Made by a program: the position numbers and the translations under genes
DNA from: the human T2T-CHM13v2.0 reference genome, Homo sapiens
Reading direction: 5' to 3' (one strand)
DNA length: 64,000 nucleotides
NCBI RefSeq assembly: GCF_009914755.1
Contig: NC_060936.1
Notes under the pieces: model-generated
The model's input: the letters and a program-made list of their open reading frames with translations, nothing else
What the model was told of the DNA's origin: nothing
Database searches by the model: none
In this document: in pieces, positions 1 to 28,083 of the stretch
Layout: each line of letters begins with the position of its first letter
Position numbering within the stretch: position 1 is the first letter of the stretch

Positions 1-1
1 T

Positions 2-5545
<5,544 letters not shown>

Positions 5546-6163
5546 TTGCACCTGAGGCAAGTGTCACACTCATCCCAACTCAGTCTCACCTTGCATGTTT
5601 TCTGCCTTGCTGGCTGTATGACCCTGGACAAGTTACTTAACCGCTCAGAGCCTCGATTTCCTCCTCTATAAAATGGGGATAATCTCTGTAACTGCTCACA
5701 GTTGGTAGCAGAATGCAATGAAGTGAATTCGCCCTCACAGAGCCAGCACTGTTCTTGGCACATGGTAATCTTAACATATTTTTTCCTACAGGGAGGCCTG
5801 GTGTCAGGCCGGGAGTGGGGTGGAAGGGTCCCAAAATGGATGGAAGGGCCCCAAAATGGCCGTGAGCATCCTCTGCCCTTGAGAAGAGCTAGCCCAGCTG
5901 TCTAGAGCTCCCTGCTGCTGCCGCTCTCGTAAGCAGCAAGCATTTTTGGCTCTCCTGTCTCAGCATGATGCCCCTACAAGGTTCTTTCGGGGGTGGGACC
6001 CAACGCTGCTCTCCTGATGGCCTCCCTGGCTCCCAGCACCTTCCATCCCAGCTGCTCAGGGCCCCTCACCTGCGCCTCCCCCACCCTCCCCTCTGCCCAC
6101 TCCCATCGCAGGCCATAGCTCCCTGTCCCTCTCCGCTGCCATGAGGCCTGCACTTTGCAGGGC

Positions 6164-6179
6164 TGAAGTCCAAAGTTCA
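6164..6179 (+). promoter_or_regulatory. HNF4A DR1 site in the HNF1A promoter
   Basis: TGAAGTCCAAAGTTCA (AGTCCA-A-AGTTCA). Position 6172 is c.-283, the site of the known MODY3 promoter variant c.-283A>C. Confidence 0.9.
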
Positions 6180-6199
6180 GTCCCTTCGCTAAGCACACG

Positions 6200-6781
<582 letters not shown>

Positions 6782-7495
6782 TAAGGAGCCCTGCCCCGTC
6801 CCCGCTCCCAGGAGAGCCTAGAGGGGCCCCCCTCAGCTCCTAACGAGCCCCCCTTCTGAGTTGAGTCCCCGTGACCTTCAGCCTTTAGCCTAGTTGCTGG
6901 GAAGGGGGACAGGGCCCATGAGAGCCCAGGGGTCCTTGCTTGGAGGTTTGAGCCTCCAGCCCCTGAACTGCTCCTCTGCAGAGTCCCAAATCCCATGAGC
7001 CCAGGCCTTTAGCCCAGTCCTTGGGCAAGGGGGACATTTCCCAGGGGGGTCCAAGATGGGAGAAAAAGCAGGTGAGTTCACAACTCAAATGCCTGGAGAA
7101 CTGGGAGGTGGTGGAAATTTTTAGCCACTCTGATCATTTATACTCTCCAGACCCTAACTCCTGCACTGAGTCCTCAGTGGGTAGGCTCCGGGGCCCAGGA
7201 AGCACTGCCAGGGAGGAGGGCCCGAAGCTGGGGTTTGGGGGCTTTCCTGGCCTCCTAGGGACTCATGCGTTTAGCCAGGGAAGCCCAGGTCTTTCTTACC
7301 TGAGGCAGACAGAGCCTCGAGGTGGGAGCTGCTCCCCTTTCCTGTATGGCCACAGGCACCCCACCTCACCAGCAGGCGCCATTAGAGGCTGCCCGTTCTA
7401 CATCCCCATCCGCTGGCGGACTCACTCCCCGTCTCCTGGAGAACTGGGTGGGTCCTGAGCTCGATGCCTCCCCTCTCCTCAGCAGAGCTGACCTA

Positions 7496-7586
7496 GTTAC
7501 TAATTACCCATGTGCTTTATTATTTCTCTTTTGTTTTATAAATTTATAAATGGCAAAAGGCTCTGATAAGGTCTGTGATCATTAAC
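7496..7586. promoter_or_regulatory. Candidate intronic enhancer with HNF1 and GATA motifs
   Basis: GTTACTAATTACC (7496-7508), TGATAAG (7564-7570), GTTAATGATCACA on the minus strand (7574-7586), in an AT-rich island within GC-rich DNA. Confidence 0.5.
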
Positions 7587-8639
7587 TTGTAGGAATGGTG
7601 GCCTGGAAAGATCTGGGCCAACCCACCTCCCACCTAGTGGGGGTGGGGGATGGGGGTGTGGGGGAGAAGGAAGGATGGCCTGGGGGCTACAGGGGCCACC
7701 CCTCCCCAGCGGCTCCCTGACCTCCACCCTACAGCGCCTGCTTGAGGAGGTTCACTACTTCCTGGGCGCTGTGCTGAGGTTTCACAGGAATAATTTCCCT
7801 TCATGGTGAGGAGTCCTGGGCAGAAGCTATTGGTGACTCTGCTTCACAAATGGGGAAACTGGGGCTTAGAGCCGGGAAGGAGCTAGACTAAGTTCACCAA
7901 ACTGAGGCCCCAAACCTACTCTGTTCGGTGCTCTCAATTGCTATGACCGGGGACCAGAGGCCTGCAGGGGGTGGCCAGGGAGTCAGAGAGAGACCGAGCC
8001 CCAAAGATGCTCCAAAGGGGCCCATCTCTTTTCTGTCCAAGGTCCTGATCCCAGCTGGGGTGGGGGAGGGCTGGTGGATTCCTGCTTTCCCAGAGGCCTC
8101 AGGGAGCCTCCCGAGGGCCTGGACAGGGGGCAGGGGAGCAGTCAGGGCCCCCTGACTTGGCAGGAAGAGGAGGGCAAAGGACTCCAGAGCTGCAGGGGAG
8201 GGGCAAAGAGTCAGGCATCCCAGACCCAGGGCGAAGGCAACCCGACGGGGTGGGGCTGGGCCTGACCTGCCCAGGGCCCCAGATGGGACTGGGGGCTTTG
8301 GGGTGAGGGTGGGGGCAGGGGATGCTTTCTTACCTGGCTGAGTGAGCTCTCTCGGTCAGCAGCCCCCTTTGGTGGGATGGTGGGGTTGGGGAGGCTTGAT
8401 CCACAGCATTTGAAGGGGAAGCAGAGGTCAAAGTGCTTCCTAGGGACCAGCAGAGACCTGGAAGCTGAGGCAGAGAGTGTAGAGAGAGGCCATTGGGGGA
8501 GATGGACAGAGAAGCTGGGAGAAGCAGAACGGAGGAGCCAGGGGGGCGGGGGCTCAGACCCAGCTGGGAGAAGGGGCACGGGAGAGAATGAGGCGCCCCA
8601 AGCTTGCAAGGAGGCTGGAGTGCTTCCCGCCTGCCCCGA

Positions 8640-8880
8640 TTGGGTTTTCTTTAATGCTAACAGCATGCTATTTACTTTCCATTTAAATTTGAGATGTTGC
8701 TATAAATTATCAACCAGCTCCTTGTTCCTGCAGAGTTTATAACTAACTACCTGGGTTACTTATTGTTCAGGTAACAAAAGGGATCGGAAAACGCCCTGAG
8801 TGAAAAAAGTGGGGCCTCCAGCGTCAGGGTCAGGAAAGGAGCCAGGGAGAGAGGGGCGGGGGACCCCTATTGAAGGCCTG
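8640..8880 (-). promoter_or_regulatory. Probable HASTER (HNF1A-AS1) promoter with multiple HNF1-like sites
   Basis: GTTTATAACTAAC (8735-8747), GTTGATAATTTAT(-) (8702-8714), GTTACTTATT (8755-8764), CTTTAATGCTAAC (8649-8661); GC box GGGGCGGGG near 8853. Confidence 0.6.
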
Positions 8881-9751
8881 GGCCATTGGGGAGGTTGAGG
8901 CTGGGAAGACGGTACAGAGGCAGAATGTCTAGTAGAAGCTGTCTCCCGGGAGAAGTCAGTGTCTGGGAAGAAGCCGGGGTGGGTCCTGGGTCCCAGGCCT
9001 CCCTGGGGTGCCCCATGTTGGTGGCCACAGCAGGAACCTGAGCTCTTTCTTCAGATCTCCCCCTTAGCTCCCTGAGTGACCTTGGGAAAGTCTGTTCCTC
9101 TCCTTCTGCCTCAGTTTCCCTCCCTGGCCAAGGAATAAAGTCCAAACTCCCTGCCTTGGTTTCGTTCCCCTCCCTCCACCCCACCAAATTCCTGGATCTC
9201 TTCCCAGGTCTTTCTCTTCCTCTCGGCCTTTGCTGCAGTCATTTTGGCTTTGCTGTTCCTCAGTACCCCAAGCCAATTCCCACCCCAGGGCCTTTGCACG
9301 TGCTCTTCCTGCTGCTCAGAACCTCTTTCCAGATCTTCCCATGGCCGATTCCTTCTCCTTCAGCTCCCTGATTGCTCCATCCAAAAGGGGGCCCCACCCC
9401 CGTCACTCTCTTCCACTACTGTTGTTTACTTTCTCTGGTTCCCTGTCAAGACTTGTGATCATCTGATTTGTTTGTTTTCTATCTCCTGCCATGAAAATAG
9501 AAGCTCTTCAAGGACAAGGCCCGTGTTGCCTTATTTACCACTTGTACCCACATCCTGCCCAGTGGCTGATGCACAGCAGGAATGAGTGAGTGACTGGGAT
9601 TGTCTGAGGCCCTGAAGATATCTGCTGCCCTGTTGGTCAGGGCCCAGCAGCCTGAGACGTGGCCAAGGGAGAAACTGGGACCCAGAGTTCCTTCCTGGGT
9701 GTCCTCCCGGGTCCTTTCTGTCCCTGATCAGCTCAAACCCCAGCGTGTTTC

Positions 9752-14600
<4,849 letters not shown>

Positions 14601-14882
14601 TAAGTTCAGGAGAGGGAGAGAGAAAGAGGCAGGGATTGAGACAGAGCAGGAGAGGAGGAGAGAAAATTTATATGGCTCAGGCAGTCTGATCCCTTCTGTT
14701 CCCCCACAGGGAGACCCACAGCAGAGACATGACTCACAGGTGGCATCAGGTCCCTTTGAGTCTCTCTGGTGGGAGAATCTCAACCCACAGAGTAGGATTC
14801 CAGTGTTCACATGCATTTTTGGTACTATGAGGCCTCTGAATGTCAACCCTGTCACCTGAGACTCTGTTGAAAAACCAGCCGC

Positions 14883-15355
<473 letters not shown>

Positions 15356-15451
15356 TTATTCCTTGTCCAAGGTCACAGGACAAGCAGAGTCCCACCCACC
15401 TGAAAGGATTCAGTTCTAAGACAGCCTTTAGGGCAAAAAGTCACAAAGTTG

Positions 15452-15452
<1 letters not shown>

Positions 15453-15496
<44 letters not shown>
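15453..15496 (+). repeat. (TCTA)11 tetranucleotide STR
   Basis: Perfect repeat read directly. Confidence 0.95.
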
Positions 15497-15671
15497 CGTG
15501 TTTGCACCCTAATCACTGGCAGTAAATGCACTTTTTTTCTTTTCTTTTCTTTTTTTTGAGACAGGGTCTTGTTCTGTCACCCAGGCTGGAGTAGGTGTAA
15601 AATTGGAGAATCCATATTTCTTTCCTTGTTTTCAGATTTAATGCTTTCCTTTTTCCAGCAGGTCTCCTTCG

Positions 15672-16120
15672 TCCATCCATCCATCATCCATCTACCCACC
15701 CACCCACCAATCCATCCATCCATTCATCCAACCATCCATCCATCCATCATCCATCTACCCACCCACCCACCAATCCATCCATCCATTCATCCAACCATCC
15801 ATCCATCCATCATCCATCTACCCACCCACCCACCAATCCATCCATCCATTCATCCAACCATCCATCCATCCATCATCCATCTACCCACCCACCCACCAAT
15901 CCATCCATCCATTCATCCAACCATCCATCCATCCATCATCCATCCACCCATCTATCTGTCCATCCACTCTACCCTACCATCCATCCACCAGTCCATCCAT
16001 CTATCCACCAATTCATCCATCCATCCACCCATTCGCCCATCCATCCATCCACCCACCCATCCATCCATCCGTCCATCCACCCATTCATCCATTCATCCAT
16101 TCACCCATCCATCCATCCAC
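15672..16120 (+). repeat. (CCAT)n-type repeat containing four perfect 63-bp higher-order units (15674-15925)
   Basis: The unit translates as [21 protein letters not shown] x4 in ORF 15569..16195. Confidence 0.95.
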
Positions 16121-16316
16121 ATATCTTCATCTGTGTTGTGTGTCTGTGTATCCATGTTTCTAAACCTTTATCTGTTCCAGTGTCTGTATCCATAGGCCTG
16201 TGTCCACGTTTGTCATGTGTGTGCGTCTACAAGTCTCTGTCCTCATGACCATGTGTCTGTGTCCCTGTGTCCTGGCATAAATGACCATACCTCACTGTCC
16301 CTGAGTCTATGTGTAG

Positions 16317-17259
<943 letters not shown>

Positions 17260-17714
17260 TAGAATGGGACAACAGCAGCCACAACAACAACAATAATGGC
17301 CACTATTTATCATGCATTTTTGGGGTGCCTGGTCCAGTGCAGAGTATTACACAAAGCATTTCAGGGTGCTGAGCTGACTGTCGACTGGGGAGTAACCTGT
17401 TCTTCCTCAGGAAGGCAGAGGTATCAGGAAGCCTCACATTGCAAATATGACCTTTAGAATATGACCTTTAGACTAGGTCTTAAAGTGGGAGTTGAATTTT
17501 GACCCATGGAGACGCAGGGAAGGGTGTTTCAGGCAGAAGGAACAGCATCAGTAAAGGCTCAGAGGCAAGGTCTACGGTCAGGAAATCCTCCACTGCAAAC
17601 TCAGGAAGCTCTGGGAGCCCTATTACTCAGGGAATGGTGGGTTTTCTTCTCCAGGCCTCATACCCCACCAAATCCCAAGGGCACTGTCACCTTCCAACCT
17701 CCATCTATGTGTGA

Positions 17715-18024
<310 letters not shown>

Positions 18025-18195
18025 TAGGCGTGAGCCACCGCGCCTGGCCTTAATTATCCAGGTTTTTAAAAAAGGAAATAGCCAGGCATGGTGGTGTGCC
18101 ATAATCTCAGCTACTGAGGAGGCTGAGGTGGGAGGACTGTTTGAGCCCCCAGGGGTTCGGCTCCAACCTGGACAACATGGCAAGGTTCCTCCTCT

Positions 18196-18361
18196 AAAAA
18201 AGAAAGAAAGGAAAGATGATAGGAGAGGGAGGAAAGATAGGAAAGGGAGGAAAGATAGGAAAGGGAGGAAAGATAGGAAAGGGAGGAAAGGTAGGAAAGG
18301 GAGGAAGGAAGGAAGGAAGGAAAAGAAAAGAAAGAAAAAGAACGAGAGAAAGAAAGAAAGG
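18196..18361 (+). repeat. Purine-rich tract with five 18-bp units (GATAGGAAAGGGAGGAAA)
   Basis: Read directly; expanded tail of a partial Alu. Confidence 0.9.
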
Positions 18362-18874
18362 CAATACACATTTGGTTAAAAAAAAAGAAGAAAAACAGAG
18401 TTTATAAGAAAAATTAGATGCCTTTACCCTAAAGCAGCCACTGGAATTCCCAGACTCTTGTGTATCCTTCCAGAGAGATTTTCTGCATATAGTAGCAATA
18501 GATATGTTATTTTCTTGCTCTTTTTCTGATTAATGGGAACATACTAGACACACTATTTTACATGTTGTGTTTTGTCTCTTGGCAATAAATCCTGTATATC
18601 TTTTCATATTGGCACTGAGAGATTGATGGATCTCATTCTTTATAAGGGCTGCTGGCTGTTATTTGTTTAACTGGCCACCTACTGAAGGACTTTTAGGGAT
18701 TTTGCAATCTGCGAATACAACCAACTGCAGCAAAAAACATCCTTCTTTATATAAGTGCATGTTCACATGTGACTGTGTCTGTAGGATAAATTCCTAGAAG
18801 TGGACTGCTGGAACACAGAGTAGCTGCTTTAAAATCTTGGGTACATATTGGCATAGTTCCTTCCAAAGAAGTTA

Positions 18875-19277
<403 letters not shown>

Positions 19278-21125
19278 CTAGTCCTTACTCTATAGCTACC
19301 CCTCATCCCAATTATTGGGGTGTTCACACTCTACTGTGCTGTAATACACACTTGGAAAAACAGTACATTTTAATACTATTTTAATTTGTATGAGAAGAAA
19401 CAAAGATTTATTCTGAAAATCTGTTAGAACTAGATTTAGTTTCTGAGAGAAATAGTGTTCTCCTAAAACCATCACTAGACGAAATTTTACAATATTCGAT
19501 AAAATGCATTAAAAAATTTCTAACAGTTAGAAATGTCATCAAGGACTTCAGCCTAGAGCTGAGAATAGAGATGCAAACTGTGGCCCAAATAGCTTTCCCT
19601 GGGGGATTTTTAACTTTTAAGGAGAAATTGGAGAATTTGAGATGCAGAGTCAATATATGACTGTAGTATTAGGACTCTTTCAGTAACAGGGGACAGAACC
19701 CCAACTCAAATGGATTTAAACAGAAAAGGGAATGAATTGACTGAAGCAATGTGAGGAGTCCAGGGCTGCTTCAGGCATGGCTAGATCAAGGGGCTCAAAT
19801 GAGGTTCACACAGCATTTCTTGACTCTTTTCTTTTTTGTTGGCTTCATTCTCAGACAGGCTCTCCTCATATAGGCAAAGATGGGTTCTGGAAGCCCTGGG
19901 CTGCCATCCTACCAGCTTAGCAACCTTGGAAGGAAAAGAGCTCTTCTTTTCAGCTACTTTCAGTTGAATGACTCTTTTTATACTTGATAATGTAAACTTT
20001 TATTTATTTTATTTTTTGAGATGAGGTCTTGCCATGTTGCCCAGGCTAGTTTTGAACTTCCGGGCTCAAGTGATCCCTGCCTCAGCCTCTTAAGTAGCTG
20101 GAATGGCAGGCACACATCACTGTGTCTGCTATAACAGAAACTTTTAAATGAAGTCTAACATAAAAAGTGCCCAAATCCAAAGCATACAGTTCAATGAATT
20201 TTCACAAAGTGAACACACCAATACAGATAAAAAATAGAATATTACCAGCTCCCAGCCTGGTGTGGTTGTACCCACCTGTAATCCCAGCACATTTGGGAGG
20301 CAAAAGTGGGAGGATCACTTGAGCCTAAGAGTTCAAGACCAGCCTGGGCAACAGAAGGAGACCCCATCTCTCCAAAAAATACGAATAAATGAGCCAGGTG
20401 TGGTGCAGCAGGTGTGTAGTCCTAGCCACTTATGCCCGCTGCTGTTTCTTGGCACTGAGATGGTGAGGGCCCTGCTGCTGCTGCTGCGCCCCTGATTCAG
20501 AATCTACCTTCCTCTCTTCTCATAAAGTGCTGTCCTAGCACTTGTGTGTCCCAGTCCTTTGGTGGCCTGCTCAGGGATAAGCTGGTAGACCAGTTTCCAG
20601 TAAAGTGGTACCAGCTGATGAAGGCTGGCTGGGTCTCTTCCTCTAGCTAACATTTGCATTTTAAGCCTGATTTTCAAGTCTGGAAAGCTGAATATAATTC
20701 TGAATACACTGAGGACATATGGCTCAAATTTTTGCTCTACTGCGTGACTCTGGAAAAATATGTAAGCTCTCTGAGCCTCAGCTTCCTCATCTGTACAATG
20801 GGGATAGTAAATGTGCCAAATCAGAACAAATGCTAATGCTTACCTGCAGTCTTGTACTGAGAAGGATGGTGAGATCATATCTTGGGTTGGTAGGAAAGCA
20901 TTCAGGGATTGATTAGTGATGTTTGCCTTGAACACAGGTTAAGAAAGTGATGGCATGTGTGCTGTGTGTTTGTCATCAGTAGATTAGATGATTTCTAAGT
21001 TCTAGCTGTAAGCTCCTCTGGTTCAGCACCATGGCAATGAGAAAGAATCAAGGGCAAGGTCAGGGGAATGGACGTGGGAAGGTGAGAGTGGCCAGTACCC
21101 CATTCACGGCTTTCTGTGCCTGCAG

Positions 21126-21312
21126 AGTTCACCCATGCAGGGCAGGGAGGGCTGATTGAAGAGCCCACAGGTGATGAGCTACCAACCAAGAAGGGGCGGA
21201 GGAACCGTTTCAAGTGGGGCCCAGCATCCCAGCAGATCCTGTTCCAGGCCTATGAGAGGCAGAAGAACCCTAGCAAGGAGGAGCGAGAGACGCTAGTGGA
21301 GGAGTGCAATAG
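21126..21312 (+). CDS. HNF1A: HNF1A exon 3 (NLS, start of homeodomain), c.527-713
   Basis: TGCAG|AG; [61 protein letters not shown]; donor AG|GTACAA. Confidence 0.99.
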
Positions 21313-21455
21313 GTACAACGGCGGGCGGGAAACAGTGCTGGTTTGGTCTGGGCTGCGGCAAGGCCAGGGAAGGGGAAGGTGACTCTAGGTCCTGTAAAAG
21401 GCTGTCCAGTTGCCGAGAACTCCTGATATTGGCTTAGCCTGGCCCAGAAAATTGA

Positions 21456-23600
<2,145 letters not shown>

Positions 23601-23867
23601 TCTACTGAGCACCTACTGCATGTCAGGTATAGCACTAGGCAGTGGGGGGAATGGAGCTAATAAATGCAGTCCCAGCCTTCAAGGAACTGGGAGCAGCTGA
23701 CCCAGGGCTTGGCAAAAGGTAGAAACAAAGGCAGATTTGCTGGCTGCATAAAGGCAGACAGGCAGCTGGCCTAAGCAAACCAATGGAGTTTGAAGTGCTG
23801 AGGGCTGTGGAGGCAGGGGAGGGCAGGGAAGTGGGGTGCTGAGGCAGGACACTGCTTCCCTCTCCAG

Positions 23868-24019
23868 GTGTGCGCTATGGACAGCCTGCGACCAGTGAGA
23901 CTGCAGAAGTACCCTCAAGCAGCGGCGGTCCCTTAGTGACAGTGTCTACACCCCTCCACCAAGTGTCCCCCACGGGCCTGGAGCCCAGCCACAGCCTGCT
24001 GAGTACAGAAGCCAAGCTG
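23868..24019 (+). CDS. HNF1A: HNF1A exon 5, c.956-1107
   Basis: CCAG|GTGTGCGC; [50 protein letters not shown]; donor TG|GTGAGT. Confidence 0.99.
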
Positions 24020-24146
24020 GTGAGTGTCCTTGCTTGTAAGGAAAACCCAACCTCATCTTTCCTTGGCAGGGAGATTCTGGAGCAGTCCCTAGGGAGGCCC
24101 TGTGGGGACCCCGGCCCCCCGGACACAGCTTGGCTTCCCCTCGTAG

Positions 24147-24521
<375 letters not shown>

Positions 24522-24873
24522 TGAACCAAACAGACCAAAATCTCAGCAACTCAAGCAGGGAGGCAGGCACTAAGCATAATACATCAATTCTGTGGTACCT
24601 CAGAAGGTGAAGGGTCTATGGGCAAATTACAGCAGGGTAAGGGAGACTGATGTTTTCTAAGTTTTTGTTTTATGAAGAAAAATTAAGCCCAGAAAGCCCT
24701 TATTTGCAGGTACAATTATGCAGAAGCCCAGTACATAAGATAGATAAGGAGCTGCTAGGAGAGGGGAGCAGAGAACTGACCCCATGGCCTTTGCACTGCT
24801 GTGGAACCCCAGGGCTCCAGGGAACCGCAGTTTGACAACTTTTGAACAAGTCACCGCCTGCCTCTCCCACTAG

Positions 24874-25407
<534 letters not shown>

Positions 25408-25586
25408 TTGAGGGTGTCTGCAGGCCAGTGTGTTCCCATGTGAATGCACGTATCTGTGTGTGTGCACGACTGCTTGTGTGAGCAGATCCCTAGTGCGTGT
25501 CTGGGTGTGTATCGGTTGTGCATGCATTTGTGTGCATGCCTGTGTTTCTCTGAAACTCTTAGGGCCATATGAATTTCTAAAATCTA

Positions 25587-26042
<456 letters not shown>

Positions 26043-26427
26043 TCATAACCTCATACCAGGTTCAGGCTGGGTTTCGCCACCAAATGAGCTCTAGTGCCAA
26101 TCTTAAGGAAATCTTTTGGTTTCAGACCTTTTTGGAATTTGGGACTGGGTTAAGAGATTTGGGGCCTGTGTATGTCTGTGTGTACCTGGTTGAGAGTGTA
26201 TGCGTGTGTGTGTGTTACATTTTTATCTGAGTCACTGTGAGAATATGTGGTTTATGTGCGTTTTCCTAGTGTCTGTGTGTCTCTTGTAGGGTCTATGTGT
26301 CTCCTGAGGGGTGGGTGGAGGTGCTGTAGGCAAAACATGGGGTTATATTTGGAAAGGTGGCCTGGAGATGGAAGTACTGCTGTCCTCTGCCTTGCTCTTT
26401 GACAGGGGCCACCTGAACTTACTACAC

Positions 26428-26572
26428 AGCACCTGAGTTTAGTACAGTAGCACCTGTGCTTAGTACATAGCACCTGTGTTTAGTATAGTAGCACCTGTGC
26501 TTAGTACATAGCGCCTGCATTTAGTACAGTAGCACCTGCGCTTAGTACGTAGCACCCGTGCTTAGTACAGTA
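26428..26572 (+). repeat. Minisatellite of seven alternating 21/20-bp units (consensus AGCACCTGTGCTTAGTACA(G)T)
   Basis: Units start at 26428, 26449, 26469, 26490, 26510, 26531, 26551. Confidence 0.95.
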
Positions 26573-26880
26573 GCCCTGCACCTGCACCTCCCGTTCCCTT
26601 TCATACCTGCTGTCTCCAGGTGACAAGAGGAGCTGGAGTTGGTTTCTGGCCTCCTCCAGGCTCCCCTGCATCAAGCGCAGCTGAGCAGTTCCCTGTAATG
26701 GGGAGAGGGTCTGTCCCTTTATCTGGAGCCTCCAGTTTTGAAAATCAGCCCTGGATCTCCAACTGCTGCCCAGTCTGGCTGTTCAGCAGGCCCCATGCCC
26801 CCCTTTCCCCAGTCTTGAGGCCTGGGACTAGGGCTGTCAGGCACGTCTGCCACGTCTGCCCCTCTCTCCCCTGCGGCCAG

Positions 26881-27002
26881 CCCTCTACAGCCACAAGCCC
26901 GAGGTGGCCCAGTACACCCACACGGGCCTGCTCCCGCAGACTATGCTCATCACCGACACCACCAACCTGAGCGCCCTGGCCAGCCTCACGCCCACCAAGC
27001 AG
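26881..27002 (+). CDS. HNF1A: HNF1A exon 8, c.1502-1623
   Basis: GCCAG|CC; [40 protein letters not shown]; donor AG|GTAAGG. Confidence 0.99.
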
Positions 27003-27095
27003 GTAAGGTCCAGGCCTGCTGGCCCTCCCTCGGCCTGTGACAGAGCCCCTCACCCCCACATCCCCCGGGCTCAGGAGGCTGCTCTGCTCCCCCAG

Positions 27096-27240
27096 GTCTT
27101 CACCTCAGACACTGAGGCCTCCAGTGAGTCCGGGCTTCACACGCCGGCATCTCAGGCCACCACCCTCCACGTCCCCAGCCAGGACCCTGCCGGCATCCAG
27201 CACCTGCAGCCGGCCCACCGGCTCAGCGCCAGCCCCACAG
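27096..27240 (+). CDS. HNF1A: HNF1A exon 9, c.1624-1768
   Basis: CCCAG|GTC; [48 protein letters not shown]; donor AG|GTGAGA. Confidence 0.99.
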
Positions 27241-28083
27241 GTGAGAGGCCCTGGCTCCACCCCCTCCCTTACTGTCCCTGCCCCCTTCCATGTTGGTCCC
27301 ACCCCTTCTGTTGCTGTCCGTCACTGTGGGGCTGTGCATGCAGCAGGCCTAGGGCTGCTGTGAGGAAGCACTGGCAGGCGTGGAGGGGTGGGGTGGGCTT
27401 CCATGAAGCCCAAGAGGCACAGGCGACCCCAGGAAGATGGGGCCCACCTTACAAGAACATCTCAGGGACTGGACTGAGGAAAATGATGAAGTAATTGTTA
27501 GAGGCAGTGGAGAGTAACGATAAGGACCAGGTCTGTGAGCCAGAAGCGACTCTTGCATGTGTTTGGTTTGGCTTGGCTCAGGGTTGAACATTCTTTGAAT
27601 TTGTTGCCAACATTTCAAAATCAGGAATTTTCACATAGAAATCCAGATTTCTGGCATCTTTTGGAAAATTGGAAAAATTCATATTCCCATATAACAGTGC
27701 ACCAGGCCTCACTGCATCCACTCACATCGGCTCCAATGACCCCTGGCGGTGGGGCGGTCACCTGAGTTTGTAATCTATGATGCCATTGTCAGGAGTGGGC
27801 ACTTTGGAGTCAGGTGGGTGGGCTTTGCAGCCTGCCTTTTTGCAAGCTGCCCCCTTTCTATAAGGTTCCTGGACCCGGCCCTGGCAGCTGTCATGACAGC
27901 CACTGAGGCCATTCTGTGTCCTGGCATTCACCCCATGAGGCGTGTCCATGACCACCCCCATTTTACAGATGAGAAAGTGGACACTCAAGGAGGGGAGGGA
28001 CTTGCCTCATCTCCCACAGCTACCAGATGGCAGGGCCAGGACTCGAACCCAGGTCCCACCTCAAAGCCCATTCTCTTAACCAT

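Noticed and set aside
15569-16195. 208-aa His/Pro/Ser/Ile repeat ORF
   Set aside because: Translation of a CCAT repeat with a non-ATG start; kept only as a VNTR finding.
26428-26572. CRISPR-like regularly spaced repeats
   Set aside because: Human DNA, head-to-tail units without unique spacers, no cas genes.
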